Below, one piece after another: positions 43,100 through 52,772 of a stretch of DNA of 64,000 nt. Origin of the DNA: an uncultured Gemmataceae bacterium (GTDB taxonomy: Bacteria; Planctomycetota; Planctomycetia; Gemmatales; Gemmataceae). Positions within the stretch are counted from its first letter, which is position 1; each line of letters opens with the position of its first letter. A program made the translations under genes and the position numbers. The stretch is from the NCBI GenBank assembly GCA_963750165.1, contig CAVVPN010000011.1, forward strand, positions 1,600,001-1,664,000, given 5' to 3'. The notes beneath the pieces are model-generated. The model made no database searches. It saw nothing but the letters and a program-made list of their open reading frames with translations, and was not told the origin of the DNA.

Positions 43100-43528
43100 A
43101 TGACCTCTCCCACTTCCCTGCCCCGGTTCCTGGCCGTGGCCGCCGCCGTCGCCCTGGCCCTGGTGGCCGGCTGCGACACGGGCCCCCGCTCCGCCGTGGA
43201 AGGCACCGTCACTTACGACGGCCAACCAGTGGACGTCGGCGGCATCGCGTTCATCCCCATCGGCAGCGATGCCGAGGGACGTGTCCGCGCCACCGGACCG
43301 ATCAAGGACGGCCATTACGAACTGGACAGTCGCAAAGGCCCACTCCCTGGCAACTATCGGGTCGAGATCACCTGGCAGAAAAAGACCGGCAAAAAGGTCA
43401 CCATCGAGTTCGGGCACAAGAAGGACGAGACCGTCCAGGTCATCCCGGACAAGTACAACACGAAATCGGAGTTGACCGTCGAGATCAAGCCGGGCCGCAA
43501 CACGCTTCCGTTCGACCTCAATAAGTAA
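43100..43528 (+). CDS. Carboxypeptidase-regulatory-like lipoprotein (usual DUF1559 partner)
   Basis: LVAGC lipobox, VEGTVTYDG.PV, PGNYRVEI, IPDKYN..SELTVEI. Confidence 0.85.
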   Translation: MTSPTSLPRFLAVAAAVALALVAGCDTGPRSAVEGTVTYDGQPVDVGGIAFIPIGSDAEGRVRATGPIKDGHYELDSRKGPLPGNYRVEITWQKKTGKKVTIEFGHKKDETVQVIPDKYNTKSELTVEIKPGRNTLPFDLNK

Positions 43529-43553
43529 TGCCGCCTCCGGTCGCGCGGCGCAG

Positions 43554-44405
43554 TCAAGGCAGCTTGCCCTCGTCGCGCAGCCGATACCACGTCCCGTGCA
43601 GCCGGCACAGTTCCTTCGGCCCCAACTCCTTGCCGTAATAGGCCGACAGGTCTGGTTCCTGTTTGCCCGCCTCGAAGTCAGCGACGTAGCGCTGCACCGT
43701 CGGCCGGGGACAGTTCGTCTCCTGCTGAATCTGTTCGGCGCCGGCGCCCTGGGCGTGCCGCGCCAGCACGAGCAGCAGTTTGCCCTTGGCAATGCGGCGC
43801 GGCTCGCTCAGGAAGCGGTACGTCCGCAGCAGATAACGCGGCGGCTCCGGGGCTTTCGGGTTCGCCTTCTTCAGCGTCAGGCCGACGCGGGCCGAGCGGC
43901 ACAGTTCCCTGTGCGGCAGGTCCGAGGCCAGCTCCAGTCGCAGCGGGTTGCCCACCTCCCAGGCGAGCCGTTCGGCGATCACCTTGTCCAGCGCCGAAAC
44001 CGTCGCGGCGCCGGTCGCGTCCAGCAGGTGATCGACCAGCAGCGACGGGCCATCGACCAGGGTGCCGTCGGGCTTTTCCAGACCGCGGAACAAAATGCCG
44101 GCGTGCGCCTGGGCGGTGCCGAAGGTCAGGTCCACGCCCTTGAAACTGCCGCTGCGGTAGACGCCGCCGGTGCGGTGGAAGTACCAGCGGCCGGTATGCA
44201 CCTGCATGGGATCGCGGTGCGCAAAACGGTCGGGGTGCTCGGGGCCGTGGTAGTAAAACTCGATCTCGGTGAGGCGGTATGGCACGCCGCCCGCCACCAG
44301 CCGCGTGCCGTTCAGCAGCACGTCGGCGCTGTCCGCGAACCAGTCCTCGAAGCCCGCGTCCTGCAACCTGTCCGGTTTGCGTAGCACGTCCAGCCAGTCC
44401 GCCAT
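43554..44405 (-). CDS. Hypothetical protein, distant alkyladenine DNA glycosylase (AAG/MPG)-like
   Basis: RLTEIEFY..H.D, WYFH, GILFRGL, GPSLLVD, RVGL follow the AAG motif order. Confidence 0.6.
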   Translation of the reverse strand: MADWLDVLRKPDRLQDAGFEDWFADSADVLLNGTRLVAGGVPYRLTEIEFYYHGPEHPDRFAHRDPMQVHTGRWYFHRTGGVYRSGSFKGVDLTFGTAQAHAGILFRGLEKPDGTLVDGPSLLVDHLLDATGAATVSALDKVIAERLAWEVGNPLRLELASDLPHRELCRSARVGLTLKKANPKAPEPPRYLLRTYRFLSEPRRIAKGKLLLVLARHAQGAGAEQIQQETNCPRPTVQRYVADFEAGKQEPDLSAYYGKELGPKELCRLHGTWYRLRDEGKLP

Positions 44406-44407
44406 GC

Positions 44408-44896
44408 TCAGCCCTCCGCTGGTTGGCCGCCGTGGTTGGCGACGCCCGCCCCGGTCTGCAACAATCCCCGCCGCTCCACCGCGTCCTTGAGCGCCGCCAG
44501 ACGCCGGCGCGTGTCGCGGGCGAATACCCAGCCCAGCAGCGGCGTCAGCCAGCGCGGCCGCCCCTGCAAATGGTAGCGAAAATCGACGCGCGTGCGGCCG
44601 TCGGGCTGTTCCTCGAAGCGCCAGGAGCCGGCGAACGCCGCCAGGAACCACGGCCCGCGCGTCATCTTGACGGCGGTGACCGTCGGCGGCACAAACGAGA
44701 CATACTCGGTTTCCATCGCGAAGCCGCTGCGGGCGACACAGTTGGCCCGGACACCGACGCCCGGCCCGGTCGCGCCGCCGAGCAGGTTGGCGGCCTTCAG
44801 GAACGGATCCCACTCCAGGCGGCGGCCGTAGTCCTGCGTCAGCGCGAACAGCTCCGCGGCGGGGGCGGCGATCAGCACATGATGCTCGAAGGTCAT
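44408..44896 (-). CDS. SRPBCC / polyketide cyclase family protein
   Basis: IAAPAAELFALTQDY..RLEWDPF, FAGSWRFE, TRVDFRY. Confidence 0.85.
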   Translation of the reverse strand: MTFEHHVLIAAPAAELFALTQDYGRRLEWDPFLKAANLLGGATGPGVGVRANCVARSGFAMETEYVSFVPPTVTAVKMTRGPWFLAAFAGSWRFEEQPDGRTRVDFRYHLQGRPRWLTPLLGWVFARDTRRRLAALKDAVERRGLLQTGAGVANHGGQPAEG

Positions 44897-44919
44897 GGGA
44901 GTACCCCCACCAGAAAACG

Positions 44920-45828
44920 TCAGGATTTCTTCCGCCGCGGGCTGCGTCGCGGCGGCCCAAGCAGTTCCTGCCAGCTGCTCGCGGTCAGCAGGCGTTCGCC
45001 CAGGTCCTCCAGTTGCTTCAGGTCAGTCACGGCTTCCAGGGCGGCGGTCGTTTGCGCGTCGGGCAAGCCGAAGCGTCTGCTGCCCAGTCGGAGCAACATT
45101 TTTTGGGCTTCCTCCACGGCGCCCTCGATTTTGCCCTCGATTTTGCCCTCGTCCTTACCCTTCTGCAGGATAAATTGGTACGACGCCGAATCTTCCAGCC
45201 AGTCCAGTTGCTCGAACATTTTTTGGTACACCTCCAACGAGAAACGGATGCCGGCCAGCAAGTACGCGGCCGCCCACAACTTTGGCGCCACGTCCCGCAA
45301 GGACCTGTGACTCAACCTCTCTCGAATCCGCGCGACGACGGCGGGGAACTCCGCCTCGGTCGTCGCGCTAATCACGGCGAGCGGCAGGGTGGCCGCGCCG
45401 CCCGCCAGGATCTGGGCCGGCGGCACCTGCCAGACGCGCACGACGCTGTAGCCGAACACCAGGTACGGCTGCTCCCCCTGAAAACCGAACCGCCACTCTC
45501 CACTTAACCCGGGCGAGTCGGCCGCGGGTCGTATCAGCACCGCCACGCTGCGCACCGGCAGCCGGTGCCGGTGGACGAGCAGGGCGTTGTGCGCGTGCAG
45601 CAGTGCAGGCAATTGGGCCGCGTCGTGCCCGGCGACGAACTCCAGGTGCAGCAAGTACGTCTCGGCGCCCTGGACGCGCAACCCCTTGTCGGCGGCGCCG
45701 CTCACGGTGGCCACGTCCGCGTCGATGACCTCGGTCGGTGCCGCCGGCAAGCCGAGAAACACCGGCCAATCCGCGGGCCTGACCTCCACCAAGTCCTTCA
45801 AAGCGGCATCGAACTGCTGGGAGGGCAC
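44920..45828 (-). CDS. Rpn / DUF4351-like PD-(D/E)XK family protein
   Basis: FDAALKDL, AD..L.V..LHLEF, GKDEGKIEGKIEG, RRFG, L..LEDLGERLL. Confidence 0.75.
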   Translation of the reverse strand: MPSQQFDAALKDLVEVRPADWPVFLGLPAAPTEVIDADVATVSGAADKGLRVQGAETYLLHLEFVAGHDAAQLPALLHAHNALLVHRHRLPVRSVAVLIRPAADSPGLSGEWRFGFQGEQPYLVFGYSVVRVWQVPPAQILAGGAATLPLAVISATTEAEFPAVVARIRERLSHRSLRDVAPKLWAAAYLLAGIRFSLEVYQKMFEQLDWLEDSASYQFILQKGKDEGKIEGKIEGAVEEAQKMLLRLGSRRFGLPDAQTTAALEAVTDLKQLEDLGERLLTASSWQELLGPPRRSPRRKKS

Positions 45829-45831
45829 TCG

Positions 45832-47832
45832 TCACTTCCTCAGGTTGAATGCGCGCAGTTTGCCGCCGTCCCGCGCGAACAACAGCCCGTGCGCCAGCGC
45901 GATCTGCGCCCGGCACGGTGGCGCGTCGAACACCGCTGCCCGTGCCGTCTCGCGATACGCCGTCGGCGTCGCCTCGAACGCCACCAGTTCGCCCTTCTCC
46001 GTCAGGACAATCACGCGGCCGTCCACCAAAATCATCGAACCGCAGCCGAAATCCTCCTTCGTCCAGCGTACCTTACCGGTTCGCAGCTCAATGCAGCGCA
46101 GCCGCGGCCCCGCCTCCTGGCGACCGTCGAAGCCGTACAGGAAGCCATCGTGCAGCATGCAGGTGTTGTAATGGTTCGACATGATGTCCTCGCCCGACCA
46201 GACTGTTTCGACCTTGCCACCGGCCACGCGCAGCGCCAGCGCCCCCGTCTCGTAGCTGGCGGAGAAGAACAGCAGGTCACCGGCCGTCAGCGGCGTCGCG
46301 GCGTTGACGCTGGCGGCGTAGCGTGCCCGCCAGCGCTGCCGGTGCAGCACCTTGCCGTCCTGCGGGTCGAGGATGACCACGCCCTCGCGCGTCAGGAACA
46401 CCGCCCGCCGCCGGCCGTCCAGCGTGACCGCGACCGGCGACGAATAGCTGGCCCCGTCCTGCGTGGCCCGCCACACCTCCTTGCCGCTCTTGCGGTCGAA
46501 GGCCACGATGCCCGCGTCCTTCGCCCCAACGTTGACCAGCACCCGGTCGCCCTCGACCAGCGGCGACGTGCCGACGCCGAAGAAGCTCGGCGGCACCTTG
46601 TATTCCTTGTGCAGTGCCCGGCCCCAGACCTTCTTGCCGGTCGCCAGGTCCAGGCAGTGCAGCGTGCCGGCGGCGCCCAGCGTGTAGACGTGGCCGCCGA
46701 CGATCACCGGTGTGGACCGTGGGCCGTTGCCCTTGCCGTAACTGTCCTCGTAAGCGGTCGGGTACGCGAACTTCCACAGCGCCCCCCCGGTGCGCGCGTT
46801 GACGGCCTCGACAACCTCCTCGTTGCCGACGCGGTGGAACAGGATCAGCCGGTCGCCCTGCACCACTGGACCGCTGTAGCCGGCGCCAACGTCGCGCTGC
46901 CACAGCAGCGGCGGTCCCTTGGCGGGCCACGTCAATTGCAGTCCCTTGGTCGGCGAGACGCCATCGCGGTTCGGGCCCAGGAACTGCGGCCAGTCGGCGC
47001 TCACCGGCTGGGCCGGCTGTGGCGCAGGCATCGGCTTCGCCTTCGCCTTGACGCAGCGGAAGCCCACGCCATCGTCGGCGCTGTCCGCCGGGGCGCGGCG
47101 GCGCGCGGCGCTGGCGCAGTCGTCCGCCCGGTCCTTCCACGAGCCGCCGCGGATGACGCGCTCGTTGGTCTTGCCCAGGCGCGGGCTGCCGTCGGTGGGC
47201 GTGCCCTTGAGGTCGGTGTGCCAGGCGTCGGCGCACCACTCCCAGACGTAGCCGTGCATGTCATACAGGCCCCACGGGTTCGGCTTCTTGGCACCGACCG
47301 GCGGGTCATTGCCCTTGGCGTTGCCGGTGAACCAGGCATAGCCGCCCAGGTCCGCAGCGGCGTCGCCGAAGCTGTATTTGGTTGTGGTGCCGGCACGGCA
47401 AGCGTATTCCCACTCCGCCTCACTCGGCAGGCGAATCTCCTCGCCGTCGCGCAGCAATTCGAGCCGGCGCAGTTCCGCGGTGACCTTGCGGCAGAACTCG
47501 TTGGCGTCGTCCCAGGTGATTTTCTCGACGGAGTTGCGCGGCCCCTTCCAGCGGCTGGGGTTGACGCCCATGATGGCCTGGTAGAGTTCCTGCGTCACCT
47601 CGTATTTGCCGATGGCGAAGGGGGACTTGAACGTCACCCGAACGGACGCCCCGGGCGTGCCCATCTTGAAGGTCGCGGGGAATTTGTCCGTGCCGGGTGT
47701 CAGCGGCACGAACTCGTCGTGGAAGCGCTTGAGGATGGCGTCCTTGGTTTTTTCCTGGCCGCCAGCCGGCGGCGCGGCGGCGCCGAGCGCCAGCAGGGTC
47801 ACGGCGATGAGGGTCAGCCTGGGTGCGTGCAT
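45832..47832 (-). CDS. Exported FGE-sulfatase domain + PQQ-like beta-propeller fusion
   Basis: KYEVTQ, RLPSEAEWEYACRAG, PNPWGLYDMHG.VWEW, RGGSW, then DWPQFLGPNRDG and WQ/YSSP propeller blades. Confidence 0.9.
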   Translation of the reverse strand: MHAPRLTLIAVTLLALGAAAPPAGGQEKTKDAILKRFHDEFVPLTPGTDKFPATFKMGTPGASVRVTFKSPFAIGKYEVTQELYQAIMGVNPSRWKGPRNSVEKITWDDANEFCRKVTAELRRLELLRDGEEIRLPSEAEWEYACRAGTTTKYSFGDAAADLGGYAWFTGNAKGNDPPVGAKKPNPWGLYDMHGYVWEWCADAWHTDLKGTPTDGSPRLGKTNERVIRGGSWKDRADDCASAARRRAPADSADDGVGFRCVKAKAKPMPAPQPAQPVSADWPQFLGPNRDGVSPTKGLQLTWPAKGPPLLWQRDVGAGYSGPVVQGDRLILFHRVGNEEVVEAVNARTGGALWKFAYPTAYEDSYGKGNGPRSTPVIVGGHVYTLGAAGTLHCLDLATGKKVWGRALHKEYKVPPSFFGVGTSPLVEGDRVLVNVGAKDAGIVAFDRKSGKEVWRATQDGASYSSPVAVTLDGRRRAVFLTREGVVILDPQDGKVLHRQRWRARYAASVNAATPLTAGDLLFFSASYETGALALRVAGGKVETVWSGEDIMSNHYNTCMLHDGFLYGFDGRQEAGPRLRCIELRTGKVRWTKEDFGCGSMILVDGRVIVLTEKGELVAFEATPTAYRETARAAVFDAPPCRAQIALAHGLLFARDGGKLRAFNLRK

Positions 47833-47996
47833 TGGCTGTCTCCGACAGGGTGTGGGGTCGCTCCCTGGCCATTTTACCCGCCCCTGTCGGGAATGCCACG
47901 CTCCTCCAGGCCGGCGGACGTGATTGCTAGCGCGGTTCGCAGGCGGAGCGCGCACGGGTGGGGCGGCGGGCACGGCTTGACCACCAGCGGCCTGCA

Positions 47997-48176
47997 TTGC
48001 CACAGCAAGGGGGCCAAGGAGGCCAAGGGGGCCAACTTTTTCATACGTCGAGAATCGGCGCCCTGGCTCCGTATGGGTGGCACGGCGCGACAGCCATCGG
48101 CGGCGGTTGCCACAGCAAGGACGCCAAGAACGCCAAGGACGCCAACTTTTTCATACGTCGAGATGCGGCGCCTGGC
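47997..48176. repeat. Two ~70-bp direct repeats (110-bp period) with internal 9-bp units
   Basis: ttgccacagcaagg-(nnGCCAAGn)x3-ctttttcatacgtcgaga at 47997 and 48107. Confidence 0.85.
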
Positions 48177-48247
48177 AGCGCGGGCTTGCCGTTCGTGGTC
48201 CTTACGACGGCAAACTGCTCCAATCCCGTGCGCTTTACCCGCGCGGG

Positions 48248-48293
48248 GCCGATTTATCGGTTCGCGCACGCCAGCGCGAACCGATAAATCGGC
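48248..48293. repeat. Perfect ~20-bp-arm hairpin (family B)
   Basis: gccgatttatcggttcgcgc / gcgcgaaccgataaatcggc. Confidence 0.75.
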
Positions 48294-48331
48294 AGCGGGG
48301 GCGAACGCGCCAGGCAACTCCGTCCGGGCGC

Positions 48332-48634
48332 CTAGCCCCGGCAGCCCGGCCCTTTCTTCGGCTCCTGCTGCTCCGTGATATGCCCGCCGGTCTCCTTGAG
48401 CGCAGCCGCGCGCTCGGCGTTGAGCTGGAGGAAGGACGCCCACTGGCCCGGCACGTCGGCCTCCGCGAAGATCGCCTCAACCGGGCACTCCGGCACACAG
48501 GCCCCGCAATCGATGCACTCAACGGGGTCAATGAACAGCATGCGCTCGTCCTGGTAAAAGCATTCGCACGGACAGATCGCCACACAGTCGGTGTACTTGC
48601 AGTCCAGGCACGGCTCGCAAACAACGTAAGTCAT
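48332..48634 (-). CDS. fdxA: 7Fe-type ferredoxin (FdxA family)
   Basis: MTYVVCEPCLDCKYTDCVAICPCECF..IDPVECIDCGACVPECPVEAI. Confidence 0.9.
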   Translation of the reverse strand: MTYVVCEPCLDCKYTDCVAICPCECFYQDERMLFIDPVECIDCGACVPECPVEAIFAEADVPGQWASFLQLNAERAAALKETGGHITEQQEPKKGPGCRG

Positions 48635-48683
48635 GGCACGGCTCCTTTCACCTGGGCGAATCGCAAAACCCGGCCGTGCTGAT

Positions 48684-48699
48684 AGCGAGTGCCGTGCCG
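48684..48699 (-). promoter_or_regulatory. Putative sigma54 -24/-12 promoter for the ferredoxin gene
   Basis: Minus strand cGGCACGgcactcGCT, exact GG-N10-GC spacing, 50 bp upstream of ATG, next to a bEBP gene. Confidence 0.6.
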
Positions 48700-48841
48700 G
48701 GCGCGGTCCGAGCCTTGCGCATTGGGCCGAAGATCAGCCTGACAGGTCAGTTGCGGCCGTCGAGCGCCGGCCCGGTCGCCCGGCACGGCAACGCCGGACG
48801 ACGCGATTTGGTTGGAACAACCGGGGCGCGTCGTCGCGCGG

Positions 48842-49918
48842 TCACGGGGAAGGCGGGCGCCGGGGGATGTGGTGCTTTCGCATCTTGCCGTACAGCGTGG
48901 TCGGCTTGAGCCCAAGAGAAGCCGCGGCGCCGTCCGGGCCGTAGACCTTCCCCCGACAGCGGGCCAGCGCCTCCACGATGGCGCGCCGCTCCAGTTCTGC
49001 CAGCGTCGGCCGCTCCCCGGCGTCGGTCGTGGCCCGCACCGGTTGCAGCCAGTGCGGGTCGAACGCCAGCATCTCGCCCTCGGTGACGATCATGGCACGC
49101 TCGATGAGGTTTTCCAGTTCGCGCACGTTGCCCGGCCACGGATAAGCCGTCAGCGCCTCCAGCGTGGGGGTGCTGACAGAGACCGCTTTGTTCAGGCGCC
49201 GGCCGAAGGTGTGCAGGAAATGACTGACCAGGTCCGGAATGTCCTCGCGGCGCTGGCGCAGCGGCGGGACGTGAATGGGAAAGACGTTCAGCCGGTAAAA
49301 CAGGTCCTCCCGGAAGCGACCAGCGCCGACGGCGGCGCCGAGGTCGCGGTGCGTGGCGGCGATGGCGCGGACATCCACGGGGATTGGTTCGCTGCCGCCG
49401 ACGCGCTCGATGATCCGCTCCTGCAGCACGCGCAGCAGCAGCACCTGCGTCTCTGCGGGCAGTTCGCCGACCTCGTCGAGGAAGATGGTGCCGCTGTGGG
49501 CCAACTCGAAGCGGCCGAGGCGGCGGCGGCTGGCGCCGGTGAAAGCGCCGGCCTCGTGGCCGAACAACTCACTGGCGATCAGGCCCGGCGCCAGGGCGGC
49601 GCAATGGACCGGCACCAGCAGGCGGTCGCGGCGCGGGCTGAGTTGGTGGATGGCGCGGACGACCAGTTCCTTGCCGGTGCCGGACTCGCCGAGGACCAGC
49701 ACGGTACTGTCGGTGTGGGCGACCTGTTGAATGGCGCGCCGCACCGTCTTCATCGCGGCGCTCCGGCCGGTGAGCGGCCGCAGGTCGCGCTCCGCCCGGA
49801 CCTCGTCGCGCAGGAAGGCCGTCTCGCGGCGATAGCGCTCCAGCTCCAACAGGCGCGCCTCCAGGTCGGCGACGCGGGCAACACGTTCGCGGCAGTGGGG
49901 GCATTCGGCGTCAGTCAT
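48842..49918 (-). CDS. Sigma54-dependent enhancer-binding protein (FhlA-like core, minimal N-terminus)
   Basis: [41 protein letters not shown]-terminal HTH. Confidence 0.95.
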   Translation of the reverse strand: MTDAECPHCRERVARVADLEARLLELERYRRETAFLRDEVRAERDLRPLTGRSAAMKTVRRAIQQVAHTDSTVLVLGESGTGKELVVRAIHQLSPRRDRLLVPVHCAALAPGLIASELFGHEAGAFTGASRRRLGRFELAHSGTIFLDEVGELPAETQVLLLRVLQERIIERVGGSEPIPVDVRAIAATHRDLGAAVGAGRFREDLFYRLNVFPIHVPPLRQRREDIPDLVSHFLHTFGRRLNKAVSVSTPTLEALTAYPWPGNVRELENLIERAMIVTEGEMLAFDPHWLQPVRATTDAGERPTLAELERRAIVEALARCRGKVYGPDGAAASLGLKPTTLYGKMRKHHIPRRPPSP

Positions 49919-50004
49919 TTTTCTCGGAGATTGTTTCCCTTCCCGGCACGGCGACGAGGGTCAGCCTGGAACTGCTCATGTCGGAACTCCGGCGGGTAAC
50001 AGCG

Positions 50005-50083
50005 TCACGTGGCACGGCTCTCCAGAGCCGTGTTTCCGCAGCATTTGGCTTGCTGCACGGCTCTGGAGAGCCGTGCCACGTGA
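50005..50083. repeat. GTGG-footed REP-like doublet
   Basis: tcacGTGGcacggctctccagagccgtg...cacggctctggagagccgtgCCACgtga. Confidence 0.75.
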
Positions 50084-50350
50084 GCATCTTGGCCGCCGGG
50101 GGAATAAGTGCATGGCTCCCCCAGGTGCTTCCAGAAATCAATTCTGATGCAGCGGGGAAAGCCGCAACGCATCCTCCCCTCTTGAAGGCCATTCTACCTC
50201 ACCAGGGGTGGGATGCCACGACTGATTCGGTCCACCAGCCGTGAGATCGGCGACACCGATTTACTGCATGGCATTCCACAGGCTGAGTCCGGTAGAATAC
50301 AAGAAGCAAGCGCCCTTGGGGTGCTGCTCCTACCTACCGGGGATTCTGTC

Positions 50351-52168
50351 ATGTCCACACACCACACCTCAACCACCTCCCGCCTCATCCTCACCGCGTT
50401 TGCCTGGCTCGGGATCGCCGTCCTGGCCGGGCCAGCGCCCGCCGCCCAGCCGCAACCGGACCTCGACGCCAAACTTCGCCAGCTCGAAAAACAGATTGCC
50501 GCGGTGCGCGGCCTGGCGTTCAAGAAGCCCGTCGAAGCCAAAATCATTCCGCGCCCCGCCGGCACCGACAAAAGCTTGCAGGGCTACTACAGCCCGAAGG
50601 AAAAGCGCCTGTACCTGTACGACGACCTGAGCGGCGCCTACGCACAGGGCGTGCTCATCCACGAAATGGTCCACGCGCTGCAGGACCAGCACTTCGGACT
50701 GGAACGGCTGCACCAGGCCGCCTTCGGCAGCGACGCCGAGCTGGCTCTGGCGGCGCTCGTGGAGGGCGACGCCACCTACACCATGATCGAGTTGCTGAAA
50801 AAGGAGCAGCCCAAAGCGGCGGCCATGCTCGACGTGCCGCTGGCGAAGACCAGGCGTTTGCAGAACGCCTTTCTGTACGCTCAGGGGGCGCGCTACGTCA
50901 AGGCACTGAAGGATCGCGGCGGCTGGGCGGCGGTCAACACGGCGTACAAGTTCAGGCCGCGGACGACCGCCGTCGTGCTGCACCCGGAGGGCGCCGCGAC
51001 CGTCAACCTTGGGCCGGGCAAGTCGGTCGGCGAATATGGCCTCATCAAGCTGTTCTGGGAGCAGGCGGCGACGAAGCCGCTGGCGGTGCAGACGGCGGCC
51101 GGCTGGAAGGGCGACCGCCTCACCGACAAGGACGGCGTCAAGACGTGGACCGTCGTCTTCCGCACGAAGGAGCAGGCGCTGCAATTTCAATCGGCCCTGG
51201 TCAAGCTGCGGTTCGCGCGCGAGCCGGGGCTGAAGGGGCTGGACACGGCCGGGTCGCACGTCTGGCAGACGACCCGGGGCGGCGTCCTCGCGGTGCTGGC
51301 CCGCGGCGACCGCGTGTTCGTGCTGGAGACGCCCAGCCTGGCCGCCCACCGCAAGGCCCTCGACTCCCTGGAGGCGGGGCCGGTCGTGAAGGTTTACGAC
51401 CGCCTGATGAACCGCGAGGTGCCCTTCGGCTTCCTGGTGGATCGGCTGCTCAAGGCGGACCTGATCTGCGTCGGCGAGACGCACGACAGTGAGCCGCACC
51501 ACCAAATCCAGCTGAAGATCATCAAGGCGCTGTACTCGCACGACGAGCGGTTGGGCGTCGGCCTGGAGATGTTCCAACGGCCGTTCCAACCGCATCTCGA
51601 CCGCTATGTCCGCGGTGAGAGCAGCGAGGAAACCTTCCTGAAGGACACGGAGTACCGCCAGCGCTGGGGCCATGACTGGGCGCTGTACCGGCCCATCGTC
51701 GAGTTCTGCCGCCGCAACGGCGTGCTGCTGGCGGCTTTGAACGCGCCGCGCAAACTGACAAAGCGCGTCTCGAAAGTCGGCTTCGCCGGCCTGACCGCCG
51801 ACGAGAAAAAACAACTCGGGCCGATTGACTTCAACCACAAGGACCACCGCGCCCATTGGTACGAGCGCCTCGGCAAGATGCACGGCAACAGCAAGACGAC
51901 ACCGGAGCAGAAGGAGCGGTCGTACCAGGTGATGACGGTGTGGGACGACTACATGGCCCAGAGCGCCGCCGCGTTCCAGCAGGGCCGGCAGTTGCGGCGG
52001 TTGGTGGTGCTGGCGGGCAGCGGTCACGTCGAGCGCGGCTTCGGCATCCCGGAGCGGGCGGTGCGCCGCACCGGCGGCGTCGTGGCCACGGTCGGCATCC
52101 ACTTCGCGCACGACAACGCCAGCCCGCTGGCGGAGCCGCTGACGGATTTCGTCATTGTGATTGAGTGA
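50351..52168 (+). CDS. Exported fusion: zincin-like metallopeptidase + ChaN/EreA-like domain
   Basis: HEMVHALQDQHF..EGDA; VGETHD..HH, GLEMFQ, LAGSGHV. Confidence 0.8.
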   Translation: MSTHHTSTTSRLILTAFAWLGIAVLAGPAPAAQPQPDLDAKLRQLEKQIAAVRGLAFKKPVEAKIIPRPAGTDKSLQGYYSPKEKRLYLYDDLSGAYAQGVLIHEMVHALQDQHFGLERLHQAAFGSDAELALAALVEGDATYTMIELLKKEQPKAAAMLDVPLAKTRRLQNAFLYAQGARYVKALKDRGGWAAVNTAYKFRPRTTAVVLHPEGAATVNLGPGKSVGEYGLIKLFWEQAATKPLAVQTAAGWKGDRLTDKDGVKTWTVVFRTKEQALQFQSALVKLRFAREPGLKGLDTAGSHVWQTTRGGVLAVLARGDRVFVLETPSLAAHRKALDSLEAGPVVKVYDRLMNREVPFGFLVDRLLKADLICVGETHDSEPHHQIQLKIIKALYSHDERLGVGLEMFQRPFQPHLDRYVRGESSEETFLKDTEYRQRWGHDWALYRPIVEFCRRNGVLLAALNAPRKLTKRVSKVGFAGLTADEKKQLGPIDFNHKDHRAHWYERLGKMHGNSKTTPEQKERSYQVMTVWDDYMAQSAAAFQQGRQLRRLVVLAGSGHVERGFGIPERAVRRTGGVVATVGIHFAHDNASPLAEPLTDFVIVIE

Positions 52169-52178
52169 GTGATCCCTC

Positions 52179-52230
52179 GATCCGTTTACGGTTCGCGTGA
52201 ACCTCCGCCCGCGCGAACCGTAAACGGATC
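52179..52230. repeat. Hairpin (family B)
   Basis: gatccgtttacggttcgcg / cgcgaaccgtaaacggatc; related to 48248-48293. Confidence 0.75.
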
Positions 52231-52250
52231 AACATGGGTTAAAGCAGTTT

Positions 52251-52330
52251 GCGGCTGGGTGTAGCGGAAGTCGCCAGACTTCCGTCCGGTGTTGCTCGGA
52301 AGTCTGGCGACTTCCGCTACACCCAGTCGC
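52251..52330. repeat. GTAG-footed REP doublet, family A copy 2
   Basis: GTAGcggaagtcgccagacttccg...cggaagtctggcgacttccgCTAC. Confidence 0.85.
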
Positions 52331-52338
52331 GATGCGCG

Positions 52339-52614
52339 CTAAACGTGCTCGAAGATGACGAAGTGTGCCGTCTGCGCCAGCGGCCGATACTGGCTCAGGT
52401 CCGCCGGCTGGGCGCACTGCTGCAGGCAGCCGGGGAACAGTCCGGTGACGGCGGTCGGCGTCCCGGGGTTGCGGAACCAGTCCTCATCCTCAAAACGGCC
52501 CTGGGTGTCGGCCTCGGCAAGGTCGTTGTGCGTCCACAACACGTTCGTGTCCTTCTCCACGACGGTCCAGCCCTGCTCGGCGGCGTTCAGCAGAAGTTGA
52601 ATTTCACGGGCCAT
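52339..52614 (-). CDS. Hypothetical protein (91 aa)
   Basis: Strong RBS GAGAGGAGG before ATG; protein-like composition. Confidence 0.65.
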   Translation of the reverse strand: MAREIQLLLNAAEQGWTVVEKDTNVLWTHNDLAEADTQGRFEDEDWFRNPGTPTAVTGLFPGCLQQCAQPADLSQYRPLAQTAHFVIFEHV

Positions 52615-52772
52615 GTGGCACCTCCTCTCAGGCAGATGAACGGGTATCGCCAGGGACAGAAGCAAAGCCGGTGCCGCGCGCGTTTCCAGTGAAAAGGGCC
52701 GGTTTTTCGCGGATTGTTGAGTGGCATGGTGTGCGGTCTGCTGTCCCAGGTGATCCAGAACCGCACACCGGA

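Noticed and set aside
44920..45828. Rpn-like gene as an IS transposase
   Set aside because: No terminal inverted repeats or target duplication; listed only as a CDS.
47050..47180. FGE-sulfatase (CLec-fold) C-terminal region as a DGR target
   Set aside because: No template-repeat copy was found in the window, and the domain is followed in frame by a propeller.
47997..48176. Mini CRISPR array
   Set aside because: Only two long units with internal sub-repeats; no cas genes.
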